A stretch of DNA of 64,000 nucleotides, from positions 81,553 through 145,552 of the forward strand of contig CAXGHQ010000007.1 of assembly GCA_964009795.1 (NCBI GenBank), written 5' to 3'. This DNA is from an uncultured Ponticaulis sp. Its GTDB lineage: Bacteria; Pseudomonadota; Alphaproteobacteria; Caulobacterales; Hyphomonadaceae. The position numbers and the translations under genes were made by a program. The notes beneath the pieces were generated by a model, which ran no database searches, was not told where the DNA came from, and worked only from the letters and a program-made list of their open reading frames with translations. This document shows, in pieces, positions 56,285 through 64,000 of this stretch (positions within the stretch are counted from its first letter, which is position 1; the number at the start of each line of letters is the position of its first letter).

Positions 56285-56998
56285 TTAAGCGGCTTCTTCG
56301 TCGCGAAGCTGCTGAGCGTTTGGAGACGGATCGCGGAGCACATAGCCACGGCCCCAGACAGTCTCGATATAATGGTTGCCCTTGGTGGCCTGCTGCAGCT
56401 TCTTGCGGAGCTTGCAGATGAAAACGTCGATGATTTTGAGCTCTGGCTCGTCCATGCCGCCATAAAGGTGGTTGAGGAACATCTCTTTGGTGAGGGTCGT
56501 GCCCTTCCGCAGAGAGAGCAGCTCGAACATCTGATATTCTTTGCCGGTGAGGTGGACGCGATTACCGCCAACTTCCACCGTTTTCGCGTCGAGATTAACC
56601 AGAATGTCGCCGGTGCGGATGACGCTTTCGGCGTGGCCTTTCGAGCGACGAACAATGGCCGTGATGCGGGCGATCAGCTCGTCTTTGTTGAATGGCTTGG
56701 TGAGGTAGTCGTCAGCGCCGTAACCCAGCGTTTTGACTTTCGCCTCAATGTCCGGGTTACCGGAGAGGATCAGAACCGGCGTATTTACACGGCTCATACG
56801 AAGCTGTTTCAGAACTTCAAACCCTGAAATATCAGGCAGTGACAGGTCCAGGATGATGATGTCGTACTCGTAGACTTTGCCGAGGTCGACACCTTCTTCA
56901 CCAAGATCTGTCTGGTAAATATTGAAACCAGCGGCCTTGAGCATCAATTCGATGCTTCGTGCGACTGCATTGTCATCTTCAATTAGTAGTACGCGCAT
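56285..56998 (-). CDS. ctrA: Cell-cycle master regulator CtrA
   Basis: [61 protein letters not shown]. Confidence 0.98.
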   Translation of the reverse strand: MRVLLIEDDNAVARSIELMLKAAGFNIYQTDLGEEGVDLGKVYEYDIIILDLSLPDISGFEVLKQLRMSRVNTPVLILSGNPDIEAKVKTLGYGADDYLTKPFNKDELIARITAIVRRSKGHAESVIRTGDILVNLDAKTVEVGGNRVHLTGKEYQMFELLSLRKGTTLTKEMFLNHLYGGMDEPELKIIDVFICKLRKKLQQATKGNHYIETVWGRGYVLRDPSPNAQQLRDEEAA

Positions 56999-57009
56999 CG
57001 AAGTCTCCC

Positions 57010-57205
57010 GAATCACAAAACAGTTTAACGCGTTAGCGGCATTCGACCATAGATAAACCGGCAGTTGGTAAGGAAATGGTTAACGGGGAATCGATTGCAC
57101 CCCTAAGATTTTAACGAAGATTGCTTTGTCGTCATTTAAATCTGTTAACGGCGTCTTAGCTCGACAGCCAGACAATCGCCTTCACGCATTGATTCAGGGC
57201 GATTC
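57010..57205. promoter_or_regulatory. Divergent ctrA/fliI control region with CtrA boxes and four GANTC sites
   Basis: TTAACCAT half-site (reverse of 57076-57083), TTAA-N7-TTAG at 57145-57159, GANTC at 57010, 57088, 57191 and 57201. Confidence 0.7.
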
Positions 57206-57210
57206 TCTTT

Positions 57211-58527
57211 ATGCTGCAAGACCTCATCAGAACTGTGAAATCCGTGCCCGTGACAGAGGCGCATGGCCGCGTGGTCGCGCTGGAAGGTTTGCGGCTGGAA
57301 GCCTCTGGCCCGCCTGGCGCTCTGCATATTGGCGCCATGGCTCAGATTGGTGGCAAGGATGGACGACTGGCCGAGATTGTCGGTTTCCGGGATGACCTCG
57401 CCATTCTTCTGTCCTGTGATGACAAGGGGAGTGTTTATCCCGGCGCTTCGGTCCGCTTTTTGAATGAACCCGCCCGGCTTTATCCGTCGGAGCACTGGCT
57501 TGGACGAATTCTCGATCCATTTGGAAATCCGATGGATGGCGGCCCGAATTTGCCGCGTGGATCAATCGGGCGCCCCATCGACGCGCCGCCGCCATCAGCC
57601 CATGCGCGTACGCGTATCTATGAGAAACTCCATCTCGGTGTTCGCGTCATGGATTTGTTCACGCCATGCGGTCGCGGACAGCGGCTGGGCCTGTTTGCCG
57701 GGTCCGGTGTCGGTAAATCCACGCTGATGGGCATGCTGGCCAAAGGCGCAGATGCAGACGTGATCGTGATTGGCCTGGTCGGTGAGCGGGGCAGGGAAGT
57801 GCGCGAATTCGTGGAAGACGCGTTGGGGCCGTCCGGTCTGGCCCGCTCTGTCGTTGTCACAGCCACCTCCGATGCGCCCGCTCCGGCGCGGAAACGTGCC
57901 GCCTTGTCGGCCATGACCGTCGCCGAGCACTTCCGGGATCAGGGCCTTCAGGTTCTGTGCCTGCTCGACAGCGTAACGCGGTTTGCCATGGCGCAGCGGG
58001 AAATTGGCCTTGCCGCAGGCGAGCCGCCCACAACGCGCGGCTACACGCCGTCCGTTTTCGCTGAATTGCCAAAACTGCTTGAGCGTGCCGGCCCCGGATC
58101 GAATGGCACAGGAGCAATCACGGGCCTGTTCACCGTTCTTGTAGATGGGGATGATCATAACGAACCGGTGGCGGATGCCGTGCGCGGTATTCTGGATGGC
58201 CATATTGTGATGTCCCGTCAGATTGCCGAGCGCGGGCGTTATCCGGCGGTGGATGTTCTGAAATCGCTTTCGCGCTTGTCCTCATTGTTGCAGGGGCCGG
58301 AAGAAAGCCAGCTGATCCGGGAAGTTCGACGGCTTGAGGCGACTTACACCGATATGGAAGAGCTGATCCGCATCGGCGCGTACAATTCGGGCGCGGATCC
58401 GCAAACCGACCGGGCCATCCGTCTGCATGATGGGCTGGCCGAGTTCCTCACGCAGAGCGAGTCCGACCCGACTGATCCGCAAGCCGTGCTCACCGCACTG
58501 ACCCAGATTTATGAGGCCAGCGCCTGA
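57211..58527 (+). CDS. fliI: Flagellar export ATPase FliI
   Basis: FAGSGVGKST, VGERGREV, DSVTRFA, GEPPTTRGY, LDGHIVMSR. Confidence 0.96.
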   Translation: MLQDLIRTVKSVPVTEAHGRVVALEGLRLEASGPPGALHIGAMAQIGGKDGRLAEIVGFRDDLAILLSCDDKGSVYPGASVRFLNEPARLYPSEHWLGRILDPFGNPMDGGPNLPRGSIGRPIDAPPPSAHARTRIYEKLHLGVRVMDLFTPCGRGQRLGLFAGSGVGKSTLMGMLAKGADADVIVIGLVGERGREVREFVEDALGPSGLARSVVVTATSDAPAPARKRAALSAMTVAEHFRDQGLQVLCLLDSVTRFAMAQREIGLAAGEPPTTRGYTPSVFAELPKLLERAGPGSNGTGAITGLFTVLVDGDDHNEPVADAVRGILDGHIVMSRQIAERGRYPAVDVLKSLSRLSSLLQGPEESQLIREVRRLEATYTDMEELIRIGAYNSGADPQTDRAIRLHDGLAEFLTQSESDPTDPQAVLTALTQIYEASA

Positions 58528-58943
58528 TGAGAACACTCGAAACCCTCATCAAACGGGTCAAGAAAGACATTGATGCCCTGTCCGTTGAAGCGGGCAGAGC
58601 CCAGGCGGCGAAGAATGACATCATAGCCGAACAGGCCATGCAGGCAGCGAGCCTTGAGGCCGAGGCTGGACAATTTGATGGTTCGCCCATGACGGCGCTT
58701 GGCATGGCGGCCTATTTCGATCGCCAGAAAGCGCGGCGGGCCCAACTCGCCACGGCGCTCGACTATGCCGAAAAAGCCTATGAGGAATGCCAGAAAGCCC
58801 TGACGTCGGCTTTTGCGGAGCTCAAACGGCTCGAGCATCTGGTCGCTCAGGAAAAACTTCGCGCGCGTCATGAAGCAGAAAAAGCCGAACAGGCAGCCTT
58901 TGATGAGCGAAGCGCTCAGCAAGCCGGCCGACGATCTTATTGA
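58527..58943 (+). CDS. fliJ: Flagellar export chaperone FliJ
   Basis: Coupled to fliI; coiled coil with AF.ELKRLE...EQA.FDE. Confidence 0.8.
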   Translation: MRTLETLIKRVKKDIDALSVEAGRAQAAKNDIIAEQAMQAASLEAEAGQFDGSPMTALGMAAYFDRQKARRAQLATALDYAEKAYEECQKALTSAFAELKRLEHLVAQEKLRARHEAEKAEQAAFDERSAQQAGRRSY

Positions 58944-58947
58944 TCGG

Positions 58948-59958
58948 CTAGATCAGCAGTTTGATAAAGAGATTGCCCTTGTGGATGTGGACATCCGCTT
59001 GTTCGGGCGAAATCGCCAACACGGTCAGCGCCAGCTGGATCGAGGCTTTTGAATCCGGTCCGAGGTGAGGCCCGGCCTGTGTCAGGTCGAACAGAGCGTC
59101 TTTTGATGGAATAATATCGCGGCTCACGAAAATGTTCAGGGCGATGCCGTTTTCATCGCGTTCGGACCGCACGGCCATCCGGTCACCTTTTTCACAGGCG
59201 CGCAACAGGCCAGCAATCATGTGCTGAATGCCCAGAGAGGCCAGCGGCTGAGAGCCCATCTGGGTAAACCAGGAGGCCTCTGTTTCGAGGATCAGGTCCA
59301 CGCCGCGTTTTTTGGCTGTGCGAGACATTCTTTCAGCCGTCTCGATCAGCAATTCATGGATCGGCGTCCGCGTTGATTTGCTGAGATCGTCCTGAGAATA
59401 GGCGCGAATAGCTTTTACGGTTTCCAGCAAATGCGCGACATATTCGGCCGTGTTGGTTCGTCCTGCATCTTCCATCACTTCGAGCAATGTCTGCAGGCTG
59501 AGTTCGACATAAGCAAACGGACCCGTCAGCGTCTCAATCGAGGTTTTCATCTCGCGGGACTGGATGCGATCTTCCGGAACTTCCTGGTTCATCCGGTGAC
59601 GAATAGAGGAATTGAGAAAGAGCTGACGCAGCAAATTCTTGTTGAGGTCGCCCTTATCAATCACGGCTTCCGCGCCACCAACAAAGGCTTCCCGGCGGAC
59701 ACCCTCAGCGTTTCCAGAGGTTACGAAGACAATCGGGGCGTCCGTGTAAGATCGGACGCGACGGATATCGTCTTCAATCGAAACCGCGTCCGGACGGCGG
59801 ACATCCAGCAAAACGAAATCAGTCTTGTCGTTCTTTGAAGACTTCAGGAAATCTTCCATGCGTTCGCTTATGTTGAGCTGAATATCACCGTCAGTACCGA
59901 CCATGTTTGTAAGCATGGCGGCATCACGTTCGTTATCTTCAACATAATGAATACGCAT
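58948..59958 (-). CDS. Receiver domain fused to a degenerate histidine-kinase-like core
   Basis: REC VEDN/LLDV/VTS/DK; H-box-like TSIETLTGPFAYV lacks His; no N/G boxes. Confidence 0.65.
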   Translation of the reverse strand: MRIHYVEDNERDAAMLTNMVGTDGDIQLNISERMEDFLKSSKNDKTDFVLLDVRRPDAVSIEDDIRRVRSYTDAPIVFVTSGNAEGVRREAFVGGAEAVIDKGDLNKNLLRQLFLNSSIRHRMNQEVPEDRIQSREMKTSIETLTGPFAYVELSLQTLLEVMEDAGRTNTAEYVAHLLETVKAIRAYSQDDLSKSTRTPIHELLIETAERMSRTAKKRGVDLILETEASWFTQMGSQPLASLGIQHMIAGLLRACEKGDRMAVRSERDENGIALNIFVSRDIIPSKDALFDLTQAGPHLGPDSKASIQLALTVLAISPEQADVHIHKGNLFIKLLI

Positions 59959-60264
59959 AATCAGGCCTGTTAAATCTCTGACAGAATAGATGTTTCTGTT
60001 TTGGATCGCAATATAGTGGAGTAATTTACTCCACAGAATTCAGAAACCAGGCCAAGTCTTGATCGGTTTTTAGTGAAGCTGAACCAGTATTATGTGTGAT
60101 ACATAACTTTGGCCGAACTAAAGCAGTTGCGATGCCGGGGCGACTCAGAATGTCCTGCAGTTATAGCGATTCTCTGCGATGTTCAGCTCGCTCTTAAATC
60201 ATGTATTAGCGCTGCTTCGGTAGTTTTCAGCATAATTTAATGTCTTTAGACTTTTGGTTCTTTC

Positions 60265-60999
60265 ATGGCTTCCGAGTTTCATTTTGACAAATCAGACAAA
60301 GCTGCCCTGTTAAGGCAGGTTGCGTCGTCTCTTTCGCATGACTTGCGGACCCCGCTCCGCCATTCCGGTCAGTTTCTTGAGCTCTACGAAAAGGATATGC
60401 TTGCCGGGAAATCGGTATCCGCTGCTTCGCATCTCGAAGTGGTCAAAGAGTCAATTGCCGAGACCTTTGACATGGTCACGGCGATCGTTGGCTATACGCG
60501 CCTTGGCATGACCCTGAATGCGCCGGTTCAGCTTGACCTCGCCGAGATAGCGAAGGCAGCGCGGGAGCGTGTCCAGCTGGAGAATTATCTCCTCAAATCG
60601 GACTTGCAGTTTGAGGGCGACCGTAAGCTGTTCGGTCATCCGCAATTGCTTGGAGACCTCTTTTTCGAACTGATTCAGAACGCGGCTCAATTTGCACCGG
60701 CCGGTCAGGATGTGAAGATATCGATTTCGGGAAAACAGTCAGATGATCAACTCGTGCTGCTGATCTCCGATAATGGCCAGGGCGTACCAATCGGATATGA
60801 AGAGCTGGTGTTTGACCTGTTCCAGAAAGTCGACTCAGACCGTCCTTCGAAAGGCGCTGGTATCGGACTGTCCACCGCGCGCAGGATCGCGGAAATTCAT
60901 GGCGGTTCGTTGCGGATTGTCCCAAAGGAAGATTGCCCCGACACGGAAGGTCTGACGCTGGAGCTCATTCTTCCGCTCCGGCCGTCGATAGCCGGCTGA
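60265..60999 (+). CDS. Sensor-less cytoplasmic histidine kinase (HisKA + HATPase only)
   Basis: SHDLRTPL about 24 aa from the N-terminus; QNAAQF, DNGQG, VFDLF, GAGIGL. Confidence 0.85.
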   Translation: MASEFHFDKSDKAALLRQVASSLSHDLRTPLRHSGQFLELYEKDMLAGKSVSAASHLEVVKESIAETFDMVTAIVGYTRLGMTLNAPVQLDLAEIAKAARERVQLENYLLKSDLQFEGDRKLFGHPQLLGDLFFELIQNAAQFAPAGQDVKISISGKQSDDQLVLLISDNGQGVPIGYEELVFDLFQKVDSDRPSKGAGIGLSTARRIAEIHGGSLRIVPKEDCPDTEGLTLELILPLRPSIAG

Positions 61000-61016
61000 C
61001 CGCTCAGCGCGGGGCG

Positions 61017-62057
61017 TCAGTCTCTTAGCTGATCACGAACGAGGATTGCGATGTCTTCGCAGGCCTTCGCGACCGCGGGAGAGGCGCCCATATACGATAC
61101 AAATCCGTGGGGCAGGGCGTTATAGCTCCGATACACGACATCGACACCGGCATCGTGAAGCCGGTTCGAATAGGCAAGGCCCTGATCGTGCAGCATGTCA
61201 AAACCGGCGGTCACAAGAATGGCTGGCGCGAGCCCTTCCATCTGGGTGCTGTGAAGTGGCGCCAGACGCGGATCCTCAGGGTCTGCGCCCGATGGAAGAT
61301 AGTGTCCGACAAACCAGTTCAACAGATCGGTCGTCAGCGGGAAGCTTTCTCCGAACAGGCGCATGCTCGGTGTGTCAGAATCCAGCTCGGTCGCAGGATA
61401 AATCAGCAGCTGTAATACCGGTTGAGGTTTGTGGTCTAGCTTCATTTCCTGCGCGATGATTGCACTGAAATTGGCCCCCATGGAATCCCCGCCGACGGAG
61501 GCCTGTCCGGGTGGCGCGCCGAACGTATCGGCTTCACGCAGCGCCCATTCATAGGCCGCAATGGCGTCCTCAAGGCCCGCTGGCCAGGGATGCTCCGGCG
61601 CCAGACGATAGTCGACCGAAATCACTGGGCCTTTGCAGATATAGGCCAGCAGGGCGCAGAACTCATGGGAGGAGTCCAGATCGCCAATCACGCCGCCGCC
61701 TGAATGAAAATACACCATGACCGGTATGTTCGGGTCTTGTCCGAACGGGCGGTATATCCGGATCGGCAGGGTGCGGTCTTTCAATTTGATCACGCTGTCT
61801 TCCGACCCAACGGAAGTCTCTGCCTCGCCGGCCAGAAGCGCCATGCCGGTGGAAACGGTTTTCCGGGCCGCTTCAACGGACAATTTATGAAGCGGAGGAG
61901 CCGAGCGACCGAGCCGCGAAATGAACTGCATATGCGGGTCGAGCACACGTCCAGCGATTGTGATGGGGGGTTTGCCGCTGAGACGGACCAGCAGGCCCGC
62001 CGGAAGCTTCAGAATCAAGCGCAGCGCAAATCGCAGAAATTTTTCACGCAATGTCAT
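61017..62057 (-). CDS. HSL-family esterase/lipase
   Basis: HSGGG, VDYRLAPEHPWPA, GDSMG, D..H catalytic (FDML, PHGF). Confidence 0.9.
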   Translation of the reverse strand: MTLREKFLRFALRLILKLPAGLLVRLSGKPPITIAGRVLDPHMQFISRLGRSAPPLHKLSVEAARKTVSTGMALLAGEAETSVGSEDSVIKLKDRTLPIRIYRPFGQDPNIPVMVYFHSGGGVIGDLDSSHEFCALLAYICKGPVISVDYRLAPEHPWPAGLEDAIAAYEWALREADTFGAPPGQASVGGDSMGANFSAIIAQEMKLDHKPQPVLQLLIYPATELDSDTPSMRLFGESFPLTTDLLNWFVGHYLPSGADPEDPRLAPLHSTQMEGLAPAILVTAGFDMLHDQGLAYSNRLHDAGVDVVYRSYNALPHGFVSYMGASPAVAKACEDIAILVRDQLRD

Positions 62058-62092
62058 GAAGAGTCCTTGAAGGTCGAAACGGAAACCCCGGT

Positions 62093-62752
62093 CTAACGAC
62101 CGATTTCGTCCGTCATATGGCGAATACCATTAAGAAGAAGGTCTGAAGCGAAATCTGTTGCATGACGGATCGGATCACCGGGACGCTTTTTCACCATTCT
62201 GTAGAGCATGCAATCGCCGATTTCGCGTGCAATGCCAATGGCTGAGGCCGTCAGATAATCAGAATCAATCACCTTATGGCCGTCGCGCGCCAGGAAGGAT
62301 TCAATATCTTTGCGGATTTCCTGGAAAATCGCCTTTACCTCAGGCGATTCAACCAGAACGGCAGTCTTTGAAATATAGGGGGCAGAGAGTTCCAGCACTT
62401 CTTCATGCTGTTGCGCCAGAAACTCGAAATAAGCGCCGAATGCGCAGGACAGATAATCCTCCAGCGACATGTCATCGCGTTTCCGCTTACGCAGCAACTC
62501 GCTGAAATCGAGAACGGTCTGGCGAACCAATGCATCATGGATTTCGTCTTTGGATTTGAAATAATTATAGAAAGTTCCGCTGGCGAGATCGGTGCGCCGA
62601 ATAATATCGCGCACAGTAGGCGCATCATACCCAATTTCGGCAAAGACAATCCGCGCCGCTTTCAGAATGGCCAGACGGTTCGCAGCTTTCGCGCGTTCGC
62701 GTTTGCCAGCCGGCTCTGAAATTGATTTTGAGTAGGTGTCTGAAAGGGTCAC
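62093..62752 (-). CDS. TetR-family regulator
   Basis: TVRDIIRRTDLASGTFYNYFKSK HTH. Confidence 0.9.
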   Translation of the reverse strand: MTLSDTYSKSISEPAGKRERAKAANRLAILKAARIVFAEIGYDAPTVRDIIRRTDLASGTFYNYFKSKDEIHDALVRQTVLDFSELLRKRKRDDMSLEDYLSCAFGAYFEFLAQQHEEVLELSAPYISKTAVLVESPEVKAIFQEIRKDIESFLARDGHKVIDSDYLTASAIGIAREIGDCMLYRMVKKRPGDPIRHATDFASDLLLNGIRHMTDEIGR

Positions 62753-62836
62753 AATATGGATCTATTCTTTAGGCCGAGATTGAAGCGGAGTGTTGCGCTG
62801 GTTGCCCGATCAATCAAGTCTGACGGATAAACGCAA

Positions 62837-63265
62837 TCACAACAGGTCATTCGCAGCCGATTTTTCCGTTTCCATACGGGCTCTTTGTGAAGAGGATGCT
62901 CGGTGGAGCTCGAACGAGCCCTGATAGGAGCGCGTGCCGAGATCGATTGTCCAGACGCCCGTAATTTTCGCTCCGTCTTCCGTGACATCGCCGCTATAGC
63001 CAATCGGGCTCGCTTCGAGGCCTGGCATGGCCTGATAAGTCTTGATGAAGGTCACCCAGTCGCGTCCCGCTTCTCCGGTCAGGTCCGCAAAGAGTTCCTG
63101 GGTATCGGTTCTGGCAAAGGTATTGGGTTCCGTCGTGGACCCGGACAAATGTCCGTCCGCCGAAACCTCCAGCCATGCGGTGAACGGAACAGCCGGAACG
63201 CGAATTTGGGCGTGATAGGCATACCAGCCGCTCCAATAGCCGGACAGATTAGCTGCGTCCGTCAT
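62837..63265 (-). CDS. Hypothetical beta-barrel-like protein
   Basis: LSGYWSGWY...F.K.Y...I.YSG......ITG.W pattern. Confidence 0.55.
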   Translation of the reverse strand: MTDAANLSGYWSGWYAYHAQIRVPAVPFTAWLEVSADGHLSGSTTEPNTFARTDTQELFADLTGEAGRDWVTFIKTYQAMPGLEASPIGYSGDVTEDGAKITGVWTIDLGTRSYQGSFELHRASSSQRARMETEKSAANDLL

Positions 63266-63310
63266 AACGCCTCTTTCCCATTCGAATAGCTACGACTATA
63301 GAGGGCTTTC

Positions 63311-63793
63311 ATGACAGATAATCCCGATTTTTTCGACCTCATTCGTCAATACGCGCCCAAAGTCATCAACACGGTGCCTTATGCCCGGACACTCGGGTTT
63401 GAACTGGTTGATCTCGAGCCCGGACGCGCGGTCGCCAAGGCGCCCTACAAGCCCGAAATGGTCGGCGATGTGGAGACCGGGATCATTCATGGCGGCGTAA
63501 TCACCGCGCTGCTCGACAATCTTTCCGGCGTCGCCGCCATCTCCGCGCTGACCGAGATGCGCTCAACCGCCACGCTCGACCTCCGGATCGATTACATGCG
63601 GCCCGCCGATGTCGGGCGGGATATCATGGCTGAGGCCGAATGCTATCACATGACCCGGACCGTCGCGTTCACGCGCGCCTGGGCCTATCATGACAGCAAG
63701 GACCGCGTGATCGCCACGGCCTCCGGCACATTCGCGTTGAACGATATCAAAGGCCGCAGACCACAAACGGATGGAGAGGATGAAGATGAGTAG
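63311..63793 (+). CDS. PaaI-family thioesterase
   Basis: IHGGVITALLD, ATLDLRIDYMRP. Confidence 0.88.
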   Translation: MTDNPDFFDLIRQYAPKVINTVPYARTLGFELVDLEPGRAVAKAPYKPEMVGDVETGIIHGGVITALLDNLSGVAAISALTEMRSTATLDLRIDYMRPADVGRDIMAEAECYHMTRTVAFTRAWAYHDSKDRVIATASGTFALNDIKGRRPQTDGEDEDE

Positions 63794-64000
63794 CGAACTC
63801 TCCGAACGTAAGGAAAACCTGAAAAATTACATCAACAGCACGCCTTTTGCGTCCTTTCTTGGTATGCGTTGCGAGGTCATGGGCGATGAGATGACAGCTG
63901 TTCTGCCCTTTGACGAAAAGCTCATCGGCAATGCCTCTATTCGCGCGCTGCATGGCGGCGCGACAGGGGCATTTCTCGAGCTGACAGCCATGGCGCAGCT
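63786..64000 (+). CDS. PaaI-family thioesterase (truncated by window end)
   Basis: PFASFLG...LIGN...ALHGGATGAFLE; overlaps the preceding stop. Confidence 0.8.
   Translation, partial: MSSELSERKENLKNYINSTPFASFLGMRCEVMGDEMTAVLPFDEKLIGNASIRALHGGATGAFLELTAMAQ

Overview
Alphaproteobacterial chromosomal segment. spmX, cckA/chpT/ctrA and the overall gene content point to a stalked/budding Caulobacterales-Hyphomonadaceae-type organism (inference). The core backbone is: flhB(partial)-cckA-recA-alaS, lipB/fliN-like/tRNA-Leu(GAG)/mgtE, spmX, a MarR-OmpR-EnvZ-like unit divergent from ilvE, clpB, an M23 peptidase, ydbH-ynbE-ydbL, chpT-cheAWYBR and ctrA/fliI-fliJ. Accessory DNA is interleaved and has no integrase or transposase. 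It includes (i) a hipBA module whose antitoxin carries a 3x51-bp tandem repeat and whose left side carries ~60-bp relic copies of both neighbouring gene ends; (ii) a GT-C glycosyltransferase gene between an acyltransferase and an internally deleted copy of it; and (iii) a ~13-kb block between cheR and ctrA with an AT-rich gtrC-gtrB-gtrA-like locus and two tandem membrane-anchored TIR genes. The most striking object is a TIR-TM-WD40 protein (49085-51046). Its predicted periplasmic 7-blade propeller is built from near-identical 126-bp repeats that vary at the same positions as fungal HET-E/HNWD recognition repeats, and the gene is bracketed by identical 27-bp REP-like repeats. With two further TIR-membrane fusions (47011-48939, 21569-22657) it suggests a family of receptor-like bacterial TIR proteins. 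No database searches were run. Family calls rest on recognised motifs, and GC statements are by eye.
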